A stretch of DNA of 64,000 bases from Gammaproteobacteria bacterium (GCA_965243205.1 CBDEUK010000002.1:512001-576000); one strand, 5' to 3'. Shown: positions 40,989-53,695, counted from the first letter of the stretch. The notes: generated by a model not told the origin, from the letters alone. Translations and numbers: made by a program.

Positions 40989-41762
40989 TTAGCGAGCAAG
41001 TCCTCGCGTTGAGCCTTTAACAAATTCAAGCAGCAACGCAATAGACTCTGAATTAGTTGACATGGCTTGAAGCTTTTCAATCGCCTCAAGTAAAGTATTC
41101 CCTTCTCTATACAATACTTTATACGCACGTTTGAGATGATCTAATTGTTCACTAGAAAAACCATGACGTTTTAAACCTTCTCTATTTAAACCTGAAGGTT
41201 TAGCAGTGTTACCAGAAACCATTAGGAATGGAGGAATATCTTTGGTAACAACAGAAGAGATAGCAGCAAAACTATAAGCTCCTATATGACAGAATTGATG
41301 AACACCCGTAAAGCCACCTAAGATAACATAATCGTCAATTGTCACATGGCCCGCTAAGGTTGCGTTATTGGCAAAGGTGGTATTATTTCCAACGATACAA
41401 TCATGTGCTATGTGAACATATGCCATGATCCAATTATGATCACCAACAACTGTTTTACCACCACCATCACCAGTACCACGATTTATAGAGCAATATTCTC
41501 GAATGGTGTTGTTATCACCAATCATTAATATTGAATCATCTTCACCTTCAAATTTTTTATCCTGAGGATCATCTCCAATTGAACAAAATTGAAAAATCTT
41601 ATTGTTTTTACCGATTGAGGTAGGACCTGTAATAACCGTATGTGACCCAATAATACAACCTTCATCGATTTCAACATTCTCTTCTACAACAGCATAAGGA
41701 CCGATTGTAACACTAGATGCAATCTTAGATTTTTTGCTTACAACAGCAGTAGGATGTATCAA
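40989..41762 (-). CDS. lpxA: UDP-GlcNAc O-acyltransferase
   Basis: Hexapeptide repeats, PQDKKF, MAYVHIAHDC, LAGHV. Confidence 0.96.
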   Translation of the reverse strand: MIHPTAVVSKKSKIASSVTIGPYAVVEENVEIDEGCIIGSHTVITGPTSIGKNNKIFQFCSIGDDPQDKKFEGEDDSILMIGDNNTIREYCSINRGTGDGGGKTVVGDHNWIMAYVHIAHDCIVGNNTTFANNATLAGHVTIDDYVILGGFTGVHQFCHIGAYSFAAISSVVTKDIPPFLMVSGNTAKPSGLNREGLKRHGFSSEQLDHLKRAYKVLYREGNTLLEAIEKLQAMSTNSESIALLLEFVKGSTRGLAR

Positions 41763-42208
41763 TCTTTCTTTTCCGTAATAGTGGTTAGAAGTTCACCTGA
41801 AGCGACTTCTTTGTCATCAACAATTGCAGTAGTAGCAAAACGCCAAATATCTCTTCTTAATTTAATAAACTCGACTTTAACAATTAATTGATCACCCGGA
41901 ACCACTGGTTTTTTAAAACGAACTTTATCTACACCCACTAAATAATATAAAGAGTTTTCTCTTGTCTCTTCGCCCATGGATAAAGCACCTAATAACGCAG
42001 CAGCTTGCGCCATAGTCTCAGTAATTAAGACTCCTGGGTAAATTGCTTGCTCAGGGAAATGACCTTGGAAACAAGGTTCATTAACAGATACATTTTTTAT
42101 TGCTGTTAAGCTTTCATAATCAACATAATCAACGACTTTATCTACTAATAAAAAAGGATAACGGTGTGGAAGGTATAACTTTATTTGCTCGCTAGATAGT
42201 GAAGGCAT
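41759..42208 (-). CDS. fabZ: 3-hydroxyacyl-ACP dehydratase
   Basis: LPHRYPFLLVD, FQGHFP, PGV..E.MAQ. Confidence 0.96.
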   Translation of the reverse strand: MPSLSSEQIKLYLPHRYPFLLVDKVVDYVDYESLTAIKNVSVNEPCFQGHFPEQAIYPGVLITETMAQAAALLGALSMGEETRENSLYYLVGVDKVRFKKPVVPGDQLIVKVEFIKLRRDIWRFATTAIVDDKEVASGELLTTITEKKD

Positions 42209-42225
42209 AGTTTTTCTCTAGAATT

Positions 42226-43245
42226 TTAATCTTTTAATTGTTTTTCTATTGAACTGATTCTTTCTACTATATTGCCTAGTTGATTAAATCTTGCAATATT
42301 TTTTCTCCAGCTCAAATTATCTTTTAAAGGCAATCCTGATGAATACACACCTGGTTCACTAATAGATTTAGTCACCATAGAAAAACCAGTAAACATAACA
42401 TCATCACATATAGTTAAGTGTCCATTAAAACCAGAGCCACCTCCTATTTTGCAACGCTTACCAATTTTAGTGCTACCAGAGATACCCGTACAAGCAGCAA
42501 TTGCCGTATCTTCATCAATATAACAGTTATGACCTATCTGGATCTGATTATCAATTTTGACACCACGTTTGATAATAGTGTCATCCATAGCACCTCGATC
42601 AATCGTCGTATTCGCTCCAATTTCAACATCATCTTCTATGATAACAGAACCAACTTGAGGAATTTTTTTCCAGACATGCTCAACTTCTACTAACCCAAAA
42701 CCATCCGCCCCTATGACAGCTCCAGGGTGAATGATCACACCTTTACCGACTTTAACACCGTCACAGATAGTAACATTCGCATGAATAAAACTATTTTCGC
42801 CAATAGTTACATCATCTCCAATACAAACATTACTTTGTATAACGACATTAGCATGCAAAGTCGAGTTAGAGCCGATAACTGAATTTGCTCCTACATGAAC
42901 ACTATTTGAAATATTAGAGGATCCTGAGCTTACAACAGATTTGTCAATACCACTTTGATATGACTTAGCAGGATGAAATAACTCTATGATCTGACAAAAT
43001 ACTAATTGAGGGTTATTTGAAACTATAACATTATCAATTATACATTCATCTTTATCTTTATCAGATAAAACAACTGCAGAAGCTTGAGTATTTGCTAAAT
43101 TCTTTTTGTAAAGGCTGTTTGCCAAAAAGCTAATATGACCTTTTTGAGCAGAGGCTAGAGTAGCAACACCATCTATTACTAAGTTGGCATCACCATGAAG
43201 TTTTGCATTACATTTTTCTGCAAGCTCACCCAAGGTGTATGACAT
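42226..43245 (-). CDS. lpxD: UDP-3-O-acylglucosamine N-acyltransferase
   Basis: IGADGFG, IGANTTIDRG, KIDNQIQIGHN. Confidence 0.96.
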   Translation of the reverse strand: MSYTLGELAEKCNAKLHGDANLVIDGVATLASAQKGHISFLANSLYKKNLANTQASAVVLSDKDKDECIIDNVIVSNNPQLVFCQIIELFHPAKSYQSGIDKSVVSSGSSNISNSVHVGANSVIGSNSTLHANVVIQSNVCIGDDVTIGENSFIHANVTICDGVKVGKGVIIHPGAVIGADGFGLVEVEHVWKKIPQVGSVIIEDDVEIGANTTIDRGAMDDTIIKRGVKIDNQIQIGHNCYIDEDTAIAACTGISGSTKIGKRCKIGGGSGFNGHLTICDDVMFTGFSMVTKSISEPGVYSSGLPLKDNLSWRKNIARFNQLGNIVERISSIEKQLKD

Positions 43246-43276
43246 TTCATAATAACCCTAACAATAAAACTACAAA

Positions 43277-43789
43277 TTACTTTTTAAGTTTTTCAATCAC
43301 TTTATTACTTAGATCAACACGTGGACTCGCAAAGATCACACCTTCACCTAAAATAATATCGTATTTATTCTCTTTCGCGACTTCATTAATTGCTTGCACA
43401 ATGTCTTTTTGGATTTTGGCAAATTCTTCATTACGACGAAAATTTAGATCTTCACGAAATTCATCTTGCTCACGACGTAATTCACGCTTTTCAGCAACAA
43501 TATCTCGCTCTAATTTTTTTCGCTCCGCTTCACTCATAATTGCAGCATCTTTAGCGAGTTTATCTTCCAATTCTTTTACTTTTTTCTGTTTAGCAACTAA
43601 TTTACGATCACGCGGTGCAAATTCTTTCTCAATCATTTTTTTTGCTGCTTCAGCTTGAGGAGATTGTTCAAGAATACGTAAAGCATTCACAGCACCAATT
43701 TTTAATTCACCTTCTGCAAAAACAGAGAGAGGCAATAAAGCACTAATGGTTAATAAACCAACAGATAAAATAATTATAAATTTTTTCAA
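43277..43789 (-). CDS. skp: Periplasmic chaperone Skp/OmpH
   Basis: Signal peptide, coiled coil, position between bamA and lpxD. Confidence 0.92.
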   Translation of the reverse strand: MKKFIIILSVGLLTISALLPLSVFAEGELKIGAVNALRILEQSPQAEAAKKMIEKEFAPRDRKLVAKQKKVKELEDKLAKDAAIMSEAERKKLERDIVAEKRELRREQDEFREDLNFRRNEEFAKIQKDIVQAINEVAKENKYDIILGEGVIFASPRVDLSNKVIEKLKK

Positions 43790-43812
43790 AGTTCTAACTC
43801 CAACTAATGAAA

Positions 43813-46116
43813 CTAAAAAGAAGTTCCAAAGGTAAATTGAAATGGTTGTAAATCGTCACCAGATTCATCGCCAAACGGTTGTGCGATACTAACACTTATT
43901 AAACCAAATGGTGATACCCAGATACCAGATAAGCCAGCAGAATAGCGAAAATTGCCTAAATCTACATCATCATTAGTCTGAAAGACATTACCAGCATCCA
44001 AAAAGCCTGAAAAACGTAAATTTTTCACATCAGTTAAGAATGGCACGGGCAAAATTACTTCAGCCCCACCAAATAATCTGAAATTTCCACCCAGCGGGCG
44101 GTTTAATGAATCTTTCGGTCCCAATGTATTTTCTTCATAACCACGTACTGAACGCGGGCCACCTGCGTAAAAATTTTCAAAGAATGGTAATCTATCAGTT
44201 GAACCATAACCATCACCATAGCCCACATCTCCACGGAATGAGAAGATAAAATCTTCGACCAGTTCAGTAAACCATTGAGTACGATAAGAAAGCTTGTAAA
44301 ATTCTAGAGAATCTCCAAAGCTTGGTACTGCTACCTCTGCACTCACGCGATGTAAAATACCTTTATCCGGTAAGATACCTTTATTTCGAGAATCATACGT
44401 AAAACTACTGTTCCATCGTAGAATATTAAACTCATCTCCATTTTCATTAATGAAATCTGTGACCTCGGTTGCAGTTAAACTATCTGGACTAATTTTTGTA
44501 TTTTCAAAACTAAATCCAGTAAAAAATCGATTAAACTCTGTCACAGGAATACCGAAATTAATATTTCCTCCTAAGGTTTCAGAATCATATCGAGTGATGT
44601 TTGCATCGGTAGCATCAACCTCACGATAAAAAGCACTAAAACCGCGGCTTATGCCATCAATTGTCCAATAAGGATTATTATATGCAAGTTGGTATTCAGT
44701 ATTTACATCACTATTATTAAACGCGAAAGAAACTCTTTTACCGCTACCTAGAAAGTTATCTTGACTAACTCTGGCTTGAAGTATCAAACCTTGCCCTTGA
44801 GAAAAACCAAGGCCAGCACTTAATTGGCCTGAAGGGTACTCCTCAACAGAATAATTCACATCAACTTGATCCGTTGTACCAGGAACTGCAGGTGTTTCTA
44901 CATTCACATCTTTAAAAAAGCCTAAACGTTGTAAACGAACTTTTCCACGTTCTACTTTAGTCGTTGATATCCAACCACCTTCCAACTGACGCATCTCACG
45001 GCGTAAAACTTCATCTCGTGTGGTATCGTTACCAGAAAAATTAATACGGCGAACATTGACTCGTTTTCCTGGATCAATGAAGAAAGATAACTTAACACTG
45101 TTATTTTCATTGTTAATTTCAGGTATAGCATTCACGTTCGCAAAAGCATAACCCTCATTACCAATCACATCAGTAATATTTTTTGTTGTAGAAGTAACAT
45201 ACTGTCTTGAAAAAAGATCGCCTTGATGTATATCGACTACTTCAAATAAACTTTCTTCAGGCACTATTAAATCGCCGGAGAGAGTCACTTCTGAAACGAT
45301 AAATTGTTCACCTTCATCAATATTGACTGTGATATAGATATCTTTTTTATCGGGGGTAATAGAAACTTGTGTCGATTCTATATTGAAATTGATGTAACCA
45401 TTATCTAAATAGAAAGAACGTAGTGACTCAAGATCAGCACCCAGTTTTTGTTTTGAATACTGATCAACATTTGTAAAAAAAGAAAGTAACGTTGGTGTAC
45501 TCAATTTAAACTGATCAAGTAAATCATCCTCATCTAAATCTTCATTGCCAACAATATTGATTTGCTTGATACGAGCAGCAACGCCTTCAGAAATATCGAT
45601 TAATACAGCAACTCTGTTGTTATCTAACTCTGTTACTGAAGACTCAATTTCGACCGCATATTTACCTAATGAAAAATACTGACGGCGTAATTCACGTTCC
45701 AAAGAGTCTAGTTGAGATTGATCAAACACTCGACCTTCTGCAAAACCAATTTGACGTAAGCTATCAATAAGCTCTTCACTATCGATATCTTCGTTACCAG
45801 TTAGAGTAATCGTTCCAATCGCTGGTCGTTCAGTAACAACAACAACCAAAACGTTGCCATCACGTTCTAAACGTACATCATCAAATAAACCTGTTTTGAA
45901 AAGGCTACGAACGGCATTTCCTGATTTAAGTTCAGTAAATTCATCACCGACCTTCATCGGCAGATAATTAAAAACTGTTCCTGGTGTGAGTCGCTCTAGT
46001 CCTTCAACGCGAATGTCGCTGATCGTGAAGTTTTCAGCGGCAATGGTGAACTGTTGAGAAGATACGAATAGAAACGAAACATAAAGCAAAACCTTAAGTA
46101 ATTTACATAGCTTCAT
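43813..46116 (-). CDS. bamA: Outer membrane protein assembly factor BamA
   Basis: POTRA domains, VRGY motif, C-terminal FQFTFGTSF. Confidence 0.97.
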   Translation of the reverse strand: MKLCKLLKVLLYVSFLFVSSQQFTIAAENFTISDIRVEGLERLTPGTVFNYLPMKVGDEFTELKSGNAVRSLFKTGLFDDVRLERDGNVLVVVVTERPAIGTITLTGNEDIDSEELIDSLRQIGFAEGRVFDQSQLDSLERELRRQYFSLGKYAVEIESSVTELDNNRVAVLIDISEGVAARIKQINIVGNEDLDEDDLLDQFKLSTPTLLSFFTNVDQYSKQKLGADLESLRSFYLDNGYINFNIESTQVSITPDKKDIYITVNIDEGEQFIVSEVTLSGDLIVPEESLFEVVDIHQGDLFSRQYVTSTTKNITDVIGNEGYAFANVNAIPEINNENNSVKLSFFIDPGKRVNVRRINFSGNDTTRDEVLRREMRQLEGGWISTTKVERGKVRLQRLGFFKDVNVETPAVPGTTDQVDVNYSVEEYPSGQLSAGLGFSQGQGLILQARVSQDNFLGSGKRVSFAFNNSDVNTEYQLAYNNPYWTIDGISRGFSAFYREVDATDANITRYDSETLGGNINFGIPVTEFNRFFTGFSFENTKISPDSLTATEVTDFINENGDEFNILRWNSSFTYDSRNKGILPDKGILHRVSAEVAVPSFGDSLEFYKLSYRTQWFTELVEDFIFSFRGDVGYGDGYGSTDRLPFFENFYAGGPRSVRGYEENTLGPKDSLNRPLGGNFRLFGGAEVILPVPFLTDVKNLRFSGFLDAGNVFQTNDDVDLGNFRYSAGLSGIWVSPFGLISVSIAQPFGDESGDDLQPFQFTFGTSF

Positions 46117-46140
46117 AAATTTTATATATTTTTTTATACA

Positions 46141-47514
46141 TTATCCGACCAAGCGCATGATGTCGTTATAAAACACCAAACTCATTAACCCGAGTAAAAG
46201 CGCCAAACCGAGTTGCTGACCGACCAACTGAGTAGACTCAGAAACAGGTCCCCCCTTGACTAGCTCTATAAGGTAATACATTAAGTGCCCGCCATCCAGT
46301 AGTGGAATAGGAAAAAGATTTAACAATCCTAAACTCACGCTCACAATTGCCAGGAAGCTGACATAAGAAGCAATACCAGCTGCCGCAGTATAACCAGCGT
46401 ATTGAGCAATACTGATGGGTCCACTTAAATTCTTTATTGAAGCTTCGCCAGTAATCATTTTACCTAATACTCGCAAAGACATCACGGAAACATCCCAAAC
46501 TTTTACAGTCGCTTTTATAATACTTTCTATTGGACCATAAGACTCAGTAGCTTGTTTATCAGGGTTATTCAATAATTCTTCTGGATAATCTGCTTTAACA
46601 CCAATACGCGGCGTATTATCACCATCATCTGGGTGAATTTTTGATTGAACATAAAGTGTTTTATGTAAGCCATTTCGAGAAATGATAACTTCAATATTTT
46701 TTTCAGGATTAGCAACTAAGTAGTCAGCCCATTCATCCCAATAGTCAATAGCATTACTATCGACACTCAAAATAAGATCTCCTGCTAAAAAACCCGCTTG
46801 TTCTGCTGGTCGCCCAGGTATCACTTCTGCCAGTTTTGCAGGTATACGTGGTCGCTCAGGTGCTATACCTAAAACCTTCATCAACTGTCCACCCGCAATA
46901 TCATCCACAGAAATCGAACTGGTATTTAAAATAACTGAACTTTCAACATTGTTTTTATCGCGTACTGATAATTGTAAAATATCAGCCTCAATAATTTCAT
47001 TCACCGCTTTATCCATTACACTGGCCCAAGTTTTAGTCTCTACACCATCAACCTGGATAATTTGCATACCTGTTTTTAAACCAGCTTTTTCTGCAATCGA
47101 AGCAGATTCAATCTCACCTATAATCGGTTTAATACCAGCTACGCCATAGACAAAGACAAAACTAAATGCAGCAATTGCGAAAATATAATTAAATAACGGA
47201 CCTGCAAAAACTATCGCTATCCGTTGCCAAACTGTTTTACGATTAAATGCACGGTCAAGTTCATGTCTTGCAACAGCCCCTTCCCTCTCATCAAGCATTT
47301 TGACATAACCACCCAAAGGAATAGCAGCAATGACAAATTCTGTTTTATCTTCACCAAATACTTTTTTATATATAGGTTTACCAAAACCGACTGAAAAACG
47401 AAGAATTTTGACATCACAAAGCTTTGCGACCCAATAATGACCATACTCATGGAAGGTAACTAAAATGCCAATGGCAAAAATAAAAGCGATAATATGCTGT
47501 AGTAAATCGATCAT
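46141..47514 (-). CDS. rseP: RIP metalloprotease RseP
   Basis: HEYGH, PDZ domains, [12 protein letters not shown]. Confidence 0.96.
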   Translation of the reverse strand: MIDLLQHIIAFIFAIGILVTFHEYGHYWVAKLCDVKILRFSVGFGKPIYKKVFGEDKTEFVIAAIPLGGYVKMLDEREGAVARHELDRAFNRKTVWQRIAIVFAGPLFNYIFAIAAFSFVFVYGVAGIKPIIGEIESASIAEKAGLKTGMQIIQVDGVETKTWASVMDKAVNEIIEADILQLSVRDKNNVESSVILNTSSISVDDIAGGQLMKVLGIAPERPRIPAKLAEVIPGRPAEQAGFLAGDLILSVDSNAIDYWDEWADYLVANPEKNIEVIISRNGLHKTLYVQSKIHPDDGDNTPRIGVKADYPEELLNNPDKQATESYGPIESIIKATVKVWDVSVMSLRVLGKMITGEASIKNLSGPISIAQYAGYTAAAGIASYVSFLAIVSVSLGLLNLFPIPLLDGGHLMYYLIELVKGGPVSESTQLVGQQLGLALLLGLMSLVFYNDIMRLVG

Positions 47515-48692
47515 AGTGCTAACTTATTTACAAATGTTGTTGCAACGTTTCGCGCCTCTTTATCCGCCTCTAAAACTTTCTCTAAACCGTTTGCATCAGA
47601 ATGAGCTATCACTTCTAATGCTTTTTCGACTACGTTTGGTATATCAGTAAAACGAATTTTATTTGCTAAAAATTCGGCCACAGCAATCTCATTGGCAGCG
47701 TTAAGTACTGCTGTTGCAGTACCGCCTGCTTGCATGGCTTCACAAGCCAGCCTCAAACAAGGAAAACGTTCTAAATCAGGTGCTTCAAAGTTTAATTGTG
47801 CGACAGCTATCATGTCTAATTGTTCCACCCCAGAGTTAAACCGCTCAGGCCAAGCCATCGCATGAGCAATCGGTGTACGCATATCAGGGTTACCCAATTG
47901 AGCTAAAACGGAACCGTCTGAATATTGCACCATAGAATGAATCACACTTTCGGGGTGTAGCAATACAGTGATGTAATCAGGATTCGTATTAAATAGCCAA
48001 CATGCCTCTATTACCTCCAAACCTTTATTCATCATCGTTGCTGAATCAACAGAGATCTTCCGTCCCATGTCCCAATTAGGGTGAGCACAAGCTTGATCGG
48101 GTGTGACTTTTTCCAGTTCTTCTAAAGGTGTTTGCCTAAATGGCCCACCTGAAGCCGTTAAAAGAATTCGAGTCACGCCTGTCTCTGCCAAGCCATTAAG
48201 ATAATTCGTCGGCATACATTGGAAAATAGCATTGTGTTCACTGTCTATAGGCAACAACTCAGCATTCGCTTGATTAACTGCATCGATGAATAATTGGCCT
48301 GACATAACTAAGGCTTCTTTGTTTGCCAATAAAACTCTTTTGCCAGCTTTTGCAGCGGATAGAGTCGGTAATAAACCAGCAGCACCAACAATCGCAGCCA
48401 TGACATAATCTACTTCGTCTAGAGCAGCAACCGTTTCCAAGGCCTGAGTCCCACCAAGAACCTCGGTTTCAGAATCCAGTTGTTTTAATTCTTTGCTTAA
48501 GGTTTCAGCAGCTTGCTCATCAGCCATTACGGCATATTTTGGTGAGAAATCTAAGCACTGTTGCTTTGCATCCTTAATATTTTTATTTGCAGTAATTGCA
48601 ATTAATTGGAATTTATCGGGGTGTCTTTGAATAACATCTAAAGTACTAACACCAATACTACCTGTTGAACCTAATATGCAAACGCCTTTCAT
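47511..48692 (-). CDS. dxr: 1-deoxy-D-xylulose-5-phosphate reductoisomerase
   Basis: [42 protein letters not shown]. Confidence 0.97.
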   Translation of the reverse strand: MKGVCILGSTGSIGVSTLDVIQRHPDKFQLIAITANKNIKDAKQQCLDFSPKYAVMADEQAAETLSKELKQLDSETEVLGGTQALETVAALDEVDYVMAAIVGAAGLLPTLSAAKAGKRVLLANKEALVMSGQLFIDAVNQANAELLPIDSEHNAIFQCMPTNYLNGLAETGVTRILLTASGGPFRQTPLEELEKVTPDQACAHPNWDMGRKISVDSATMMNKGLEVIEACWLFNTNPDYITVLLHPESVIHSMVQYSDGSVLAQLGNPDMRTPIAHAMAWPERFNSGVEQLDMIAVAQLNFEAPDLERFPCLRLACEAMQAGGTATAVLNAANEIAVAEFLANKIRFTDIPNVVEKALEVIAHSDANGLEKVLEADKEARNVATTFVNKLAL

Positions 48693-49507
48693 GACCAATA
48701 CCCTGACCAGTAAAGCGCACAGAAAAATACTGGAGCAGCGGCCGTCATACTATCAATGCGATCTAACACACCGCCATGACCGGGCAATATTCCTCCACTG
48801 TCTTTAATTTGTGCACTTCGTTTAATTAAACTTTCGAATAAATCTCCCAAAATAGAACTCAATACTGTAAGTATGCAAATTGAAAGAAATATCGGTAAAT
48901 GATTATTATCCATTTGTTTATAAAATGAATATACAAGTCCAATGACAAAGGTTGAGATAATAGCGGCTATTGCGCCTTCCCAACTTTTTCCTGGGCTGAC
49001 ATGAGAAGCCAGACGATGCTTTCCCCATTGCTTACCAGCAAAATAAGCCACGCTGTCAGCCCCCCATATAATAGCGAATAAGAGTAGAACCCACATCATT
49101 TCAACATGTTGATGTAATAACACCAAGCCTAACCATGCTGGTATCAATACCAAAGCGCCTATCACTAACATCCAAAAAGATTGCTGAGGCAAAACGAATG
49201 GTTTGAATTCATATCGTGTTACTAATGCTAGAGCCAATAACCAACACACAGGGATTAACTGAATTATAAATAACTGATGTTGCAAAGATATAAAATACAA
49301 CAAATACCAACACAACCCAGTTAGTAATGCTGCATATGAATACATAGAAAGCTTGGAGCTAAAGCCCGATAGTCTAGACCATTCAATAGCACCCAAAGTA
49401 ACCGTAATACTAACGAATAAAGCAAAGTATTGATTCGGTAAATACAACACCGCTAAGACGAATACAGGAATTAAAATTGCCGCAGTAATTAGACGTTTTT
49501 TAAGCAC
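48689..49507 (-). CDS. cdsA: Phosphatidate cytidylyltransferase
   Basis: [27 protein letters not shown]. Confidence 0.96.
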   Translation of the reverse strand: MLKKRLITAAILIPVFVLAVLYLPNQYFALFVSITVTLGAIEWSRLSGFSSKLSMYSYAALLTGLCWYLLYFISLQHQLFIIQLIPVCWLLALALVTRYEFKPFVLPQQSFWMLVIGALVLIPAWLGLVLLHQHVEMMWVLLLFAIIWGADSVAYFAGKQWGKHRLASHVSPGKSWEGAIAAIISTFVIGLVYSFYKQMDNNHLPIFLSICILTVLSSILGDLFESLIKRSAQIKDSGGILPGHGGVLDRIDSMTAAAPVFFCALYWSGYWS

Positions 49508-50267
49508 CGCTCGTTCTCACAACTTGTTCACTGGTCTTGCCATAACGACGCTCTCGGCCTTGATACCATTCAATTGCTTGTTCAAATTCTTTGATATCAA
49601 AGTCAGGCCATAAACAATCGGTGAAATAAAGTTCGGTATAGGCTATCTGCCATAATAAATAATTACTGATACGTTTTTCGCCACCAGTACGAATAAACAA
49701 ATCAGGATTAGGTAAATCACTTAATTCAATAAATTCTGTAATTGAGTCCTCTGAGATATCTTCAATTGATATTTCATTGCTTTGAATTTTATGAAATAAA
49801 TTAACGACGGCCTGTTTAATATCCCAATGGCCACCATAATTGGCCGCGATATTAAAGTGCAACCCAGTATTATTGACTGTTAACTCTTCTGAATCTTTAA
49901 TGTATTTTTGTAGTTTTTCAGGAAACTCCGTTTTATTACCAATAAAACGTAAGCGAATATTATTTTGATGAAGATTATGAATTTCTTGTTTGAGGGATGA
50001 TAAAAATAATTCCATTAATAGAGTAACTTCCTGTTTAGGCCGTTGCCAATTTTCACTACTGAATGCATAGACTGTTAATGCTTGTATATTCTTATTAGAA
50101 GCGTATTCAACAATATTACGCAGTGATTTCACCCCTGAACGGTGTCCCGCAACTCTAGGCATACCTCGCTTTTTAGCCCAGCGACCATTACCATCCATGA
50201 TGATAGCGATATGTTTGGGTAAAGGTGATTGTTGCTGAATATTCTCGTTACTCTGTTTTGATGACAT
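49500..50267 (-). CDS. uppS: Undecaprenyl diphosphate synthase
   Basis: IIMDGNGRWA, AFSSENW, IRTGGEKRISNYLLWQ. Confidence 0.96.
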   Translation of the reverse strand: MSSKQSNENIQQQSPLPKHIAIIMDGNGRWAKKRGMPRVAGHRSGVKSLRNIVEYASNKNIQALTVYAFSSENWQRPKQEVTLLMELFLSSLKQEIHNLHQNNIRLRFIGNKTEFPEKLQKYIKDSEELTVNNTGLHFNIAANYGGHWDIKQAVVNLFHKIQSNEISIEDISEDSITEFIELSDLPNPDLFIRTGGEKRISNYLLWQIAYTELYFTDCLWPDFDIKEFEQAIEWYQGRERRYGKTSEQVVRTSGA

Positions 50268-50284
50268 TCAATAACAGCCAAACA

Positions 50285-50845
50285 CTAAATTTCCATTACT
50301 TCTTTTTCTTTTTCAGTAAGGACTTCTTCTACTTGCTTCACCCTGGTATCAGTCACTTTTTGAATACGTTCTTCGGCCTTTCGATCATCATCTTCAGTAA
50401 TCTCTTTTTCTTTTAGCAATTCTTTAAATGATGAAATGGCATCACGACGAATGTTTCGAATAGCGATTCGACATTTTTCACCTTCAGCTTTAACCACTTT
50501 CACTAATTCTTTTCGTCGTTCTTCTGTAAGTGGCGGTAAAGGAATTCGCATGACTTCACCTGCTGTGACTGGATTTAATCCTAAACCTGAATTGAGAATT
50601 GCTTTTTCGATATCTGGAATGGCTGATTTATCCCAAGCAGAAACTGATAAAGTTCGTGCATCCATCACGCTGATATTTGCTGTTTGGTTTAGAGGAACTT
50701 CTCCGCCGTAATAATTAACGGTAATAGATTCTAATAAGCTCGGGTGAGCACGACCGGTGCGAATCTTACTCATATCTTGTTTTAATGATTCGATACTTTT
50801 ACCCATACGGACATCTGCATCTTTTATAAGATCGTCTATCATCAT
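50285..50845 (-). CDS. frr: Ribosome recycling factor
   Basis: [24 protein letters not shown]. Confidence 0.97.
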   Translation of the reverse strand: MMIDDLIKDADVRMGKSIESLKQDMSKIRTGRAHPSLLESITVNYYGGEVPLNQTANISVMDARTLSVSAWDKSAIPDIEKAILNSGLGLNPVTAGEVMRIPLPPLTEERRKELVKVVKAEGEKCRIAIRNIRRDAISSFKELLKEKEITEDDDRKAEERIQKVTDTRVKQVEEVLTEKEKEVMEI

Positions 50846-50881
50846 ATCTCCCCTACTTTAAAAACTGATGTACTAAATAAG

Positions 50882-51604
50882 CTAACTAACTAAAGTACCT
50901 TCGTCTTCGCCTTTGGCTGCTCGAATTAATGAACCTGGTTTGGTCATATCCAATACACGTAATGGCATATTGTTTTCTTTACATAGGACTATCGCTGTTG
51001 CATCCATCACTTGCAAATTCTGCTGTAACACATCATCGTAACTCAGTACGTCATAACGTTTAGCATCTTTGACTTTCACTGGGTCAGCTGAATAAATACC
51101 ATCAACTTTAGTGGCTTTAATCATTAAATCAGCATTGATTTCAATTGCCCTTAAACTGGCGGCTGAATCAGTTGTAAAAAAAGGATTACCAGTACCTGCA
51201 GCAAACACAACAATACGACCTTTCTCAACATGTCGTACCGCACGACGTCGAATATATTCTTCACATACTTCGTTGATTTTAATCGCTGACATCACACGAG
51301 CATACATACCCGCACGTTCTAAAGCATCCTGTAAGGCAAGTGAATTAATCACCGTCGCCATCATCCCCATATGATCTGCCGTCACTCGATCGATACCCGA
51401 AGCAGCTAAACCTGCGCCGCGAAAAATATTGCCTCCACCAATCACGATGGCGACTTCGACTTCAGCGTTACGAAGTTCTAATACTTCTTGAGCTAATCGG
51501 GTAATGAGATCAGGATCAATACCATAATCCTGATCTCCCATTAGGGCTTCACCACTGAGTTTCAGTAGGATACGTTTGTATTTGATATCAGTGGTTTGTG
51601 ACAA
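50882..51604 (-). CDS. pyrH: UMP kinase
   Basis: [28 protein letters not shown]. Confidence 0.97.
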   Translation of the reverse strand: MSQTTDIKYKRILLKLSGEALMGDQDYGIDPDLITRLAQEVLELRNAEVEVAIVIGGGNIFRGAGLAASGIDRVTADHMGMMATVINSLALQDALERAGMYARVMSAIKINEVCEEYIRRRAVRHVEKGRIVVFAAGTGNPFFTTDSAASLRAIEINADLMIKATKVDGIYSADPVKVKDAKRYDVLSYDDVLQQNLQVMDATAIVLCKENNMPLRVLDMTKPGSLIRAAKGEDEGTLVS

Positions 51605-51625
51605 TGTTTTATCCAGTATTAAGGA

Positions 51626-52504
51626 TTATTTATCTAATCCTGCTTGGCTCATCACTTCTTCAGCAAAGTTGTCTTCTTCTTTCTCAATCCCATCTCCCAC
51701 TAAGAAGCGATGAAATTGATTGACTGAAGCACCAGATGCTTTTAATAACTGAGCAATGGTTTGGTCTGGGTCTTTAACAAAGCTTTGATCCAATAAAGAA
51801 ATTTCTTTTTTGAATTTATTGATGCGACCACCAACCATTTTTTCAACAATTTCTGGTGGTTTACCACTCTCTGCGGCTTGCGCTACAAAGATATCTTTTT
51901 CTTTATCGATAAGCTCTTGTGGAATTTCATCCGAACTAACACAGATAGGGGACGGATCATGACCCGCAATATGCATAGCAACATCTTTCGCCAAGGCTTC
52001 ATCGCCACCAGAAAGATCCACTAACACACCGATACGGCTACCGTGGTTATAAGAACCAAATAAACCATCGGTCTCAGCGATAATAAAACGACGAACATTA
52101 ATATTTTCACCAATCTTTTGAACAAGACCTTGACGAGTTTCTTCAACGGTTTTGCCATCAATTGTCAATGCTTCCAATGCTTCGACATCCGTTGGACCGT
52201 TTTCTAAAACACAATCAGTGACTGATTTAACAAAGCCTTGGAAATCAGCTTCTTTTGCAACAAAGTCTGTTTCAGAGTTCACTTCAACCATCACAGCTTT
52301 ATTGCCAGATTGAGCAATGCTAACAACCCCTTCTGCTGCAACTCGACCCGATTTTTTCTCTGCTTTCGCAATACCTGATTTGCGCATTTCTTCGATGGCA
52401 AGCTCCATATCGCCGTTAGCTTCTGTTAGAGCCTTTTTACAATCCATCATGCCAGCGCCTGTGCGCTCGCGTAATTCTTTAACCATTGATGCTGTAATAG
52501 CCAT
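51626..52504 (-). CDS. tsf: Elongation factor Ts
   Basis: [30 protein letters not shown]. Confidence 0.97.
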   Translation of the reverse strand: MAITASMVKELRERTGAGMMDCKKALTEANGDMELAIEEMRKSGIAKAEKKSGRVAAEGVVSIAQSGNKAVMVEVNSETDFVAKEADFQGFVKSVTDCVLENGPTDVEALEALTIDGKTVEETRQGLVQKIGENINVRRFIIAETDGLFGSYNHGSRIGVLVDLSGGDEALAKDVAMHIAGHDPSPICVSSDEIPQELIDKEKDIFVAQAAESGKPPEIVEKMVGGRINKFKKEISLLDQSFVKDPDQTIAQLLKASGASVNQFHRFLVGDGIEKEEDNFAEEVMSQAGLDK

Positions 52505-52507
52505 TGT

Positions 52508-53587
52508 TTAACCCTCTTTTACAAATTCTTTGGCTTGTTCCACCCAATTATCTCGGGTAATACGGCCTTTGAAGTTCAATTCTTCATCTAAACGCTCGAT
52601 ATCCGCTTCAGTAAAATCGGCAACTTGTTGGAAAGTTGTGATGCCTAAACCTTCCAATTTACCGACTAATACTGGACCGACGCCACTGATGCGAGTCAAA
52701 TCGTCTTTTTCAGCAGGAGCAGCTGATTTAGCTGGGGCTGGCTCTTTTTTAGCAGCAGGTTCGGCTTTTTTCTCTGCAGCTTTCTTAGTAGTTTTTTTCT
52801 TGGTCTGAACCTTAGCGGCTTTCTTGGTTTCTTTGACGATAGGATTACCATCAGCGTCCAGTTCAACAAAGTCTTCAGATGAACCTTCATCACCAATATG
52901 CATGGTAGTTGCTTTCGCATCTAAAATCGCATCCGCTACGCCTTGAGCGTAAAGTCTGATTGAACGAATCGCATCATCATTACCAGGAATAACGTAATCA
53001 ACGTTATCTGGGCTATTGTTACTGTCAACAACAGCAATAACCGGAATACCTAATTTTTTGGCTTCGTTAACCGCAATGTATTCAAAACCGACATCGATAA
53101 TGAATAATGCATCAGGAATACCCGGCATATCTTTAATGCCCGATAAAGAACGTTCTAGCTTTTCTAATTCACGTTGCTGTTGTAGCTGTTCTTTCTTGTT
53201 GAGGTGCTCGTGCTTGCCCTCTTCTCGAATGGTTTCTAATTCTTTCATGCGGTTAATCGATTGTTTAACCGTTTTGAAATTCGTTAAGGTGCCGCCCAAC
53301 CAGCGACGGTTGATGTATGGCATACCGCAACGTTCGGCTTCTTCTCGAATAATGCCTTGAGCTGCACGCTTGGTACCGACAAACAGAATCTTGCCTTTTT
53401 TTGCAGCTAATTTACCAATAAAATTAACAGCATCTTGGTAGAGCGGAAGGGTTTTTTCGAGGTTGATAATATGGATTTTGTTGCGTTGACCGAACAAATA
53501 AGGACCCATTTTAGGGTTCCAATAACGGGTTTGGTGTCCAAAATGGACGCCAGCTTCTAACATATCACGCATAGTGACATTTGACAT
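52508..53587 (-). CDS. rpsB: 30S ribosomal protein S2 with C-terminal extension
   Basis: [29 protein letters not shown]; ATG 53587 with AGGAG RBS. Confidence 0.97.
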   Translation of the reverse strand: MSNVTMRDMLEAGVHFGHQTRYWNPKMGPYLFGQRNKIHIINLEKTLPLYQDAVNFIGKLAAKKGKILFVGTKRAAQGIIREEAERCGMPYINRRWLGGTLTNFKTVKQSINRMKELETIREEGKHEHLNKKEQLQQQRELEKLERSLSGIKDMPGIPDALFIIDVGFEYIAVNEAKKLGIPVIAVVDSNNSPDNVDYVIPGNDDAIRSIRLYAQGVADAILDAKATTMHIGDEGSSEDFVELDADGNPIVKETKKAAKVQTKKKTTKKAAEKKAEPAAKKEPAPAKSAAPAEKDDLTRISGVGPVLVGKLEGLGITTFQQVADFTEADIERLDEELNFKGRITRDNWVEQAKEFVKEG

Positions 53588-53599
53588 AATAGTTCTCCT

Positions 53600-53692
53600 G
53601 TTAGGGTTTTTGCCTCTGCACCCCCCGCATAACAACCCTTAATGGGCACCCCATATACGGTTTGAGTGTGCATGTGACGTTGGTTTGTGTAA
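53600..53692 (-). ncRNA. t44/Tff rpsB leader RNA
   Basis: Minus strand ...CACATGCAC...GGGGTGCCC...GTGCAGAGGCAAAAACCC follows the conserved rpsB leader layout. Ends approximate. Confidence 0.75.
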
Positions 53693-53695
53693 ACT

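Noticed and set aside
53588-53635. Extended rpsB N-terminus in the ORF track
   Set aside because: Falls in the t44 leader; RBS and conserved start are at 53587.
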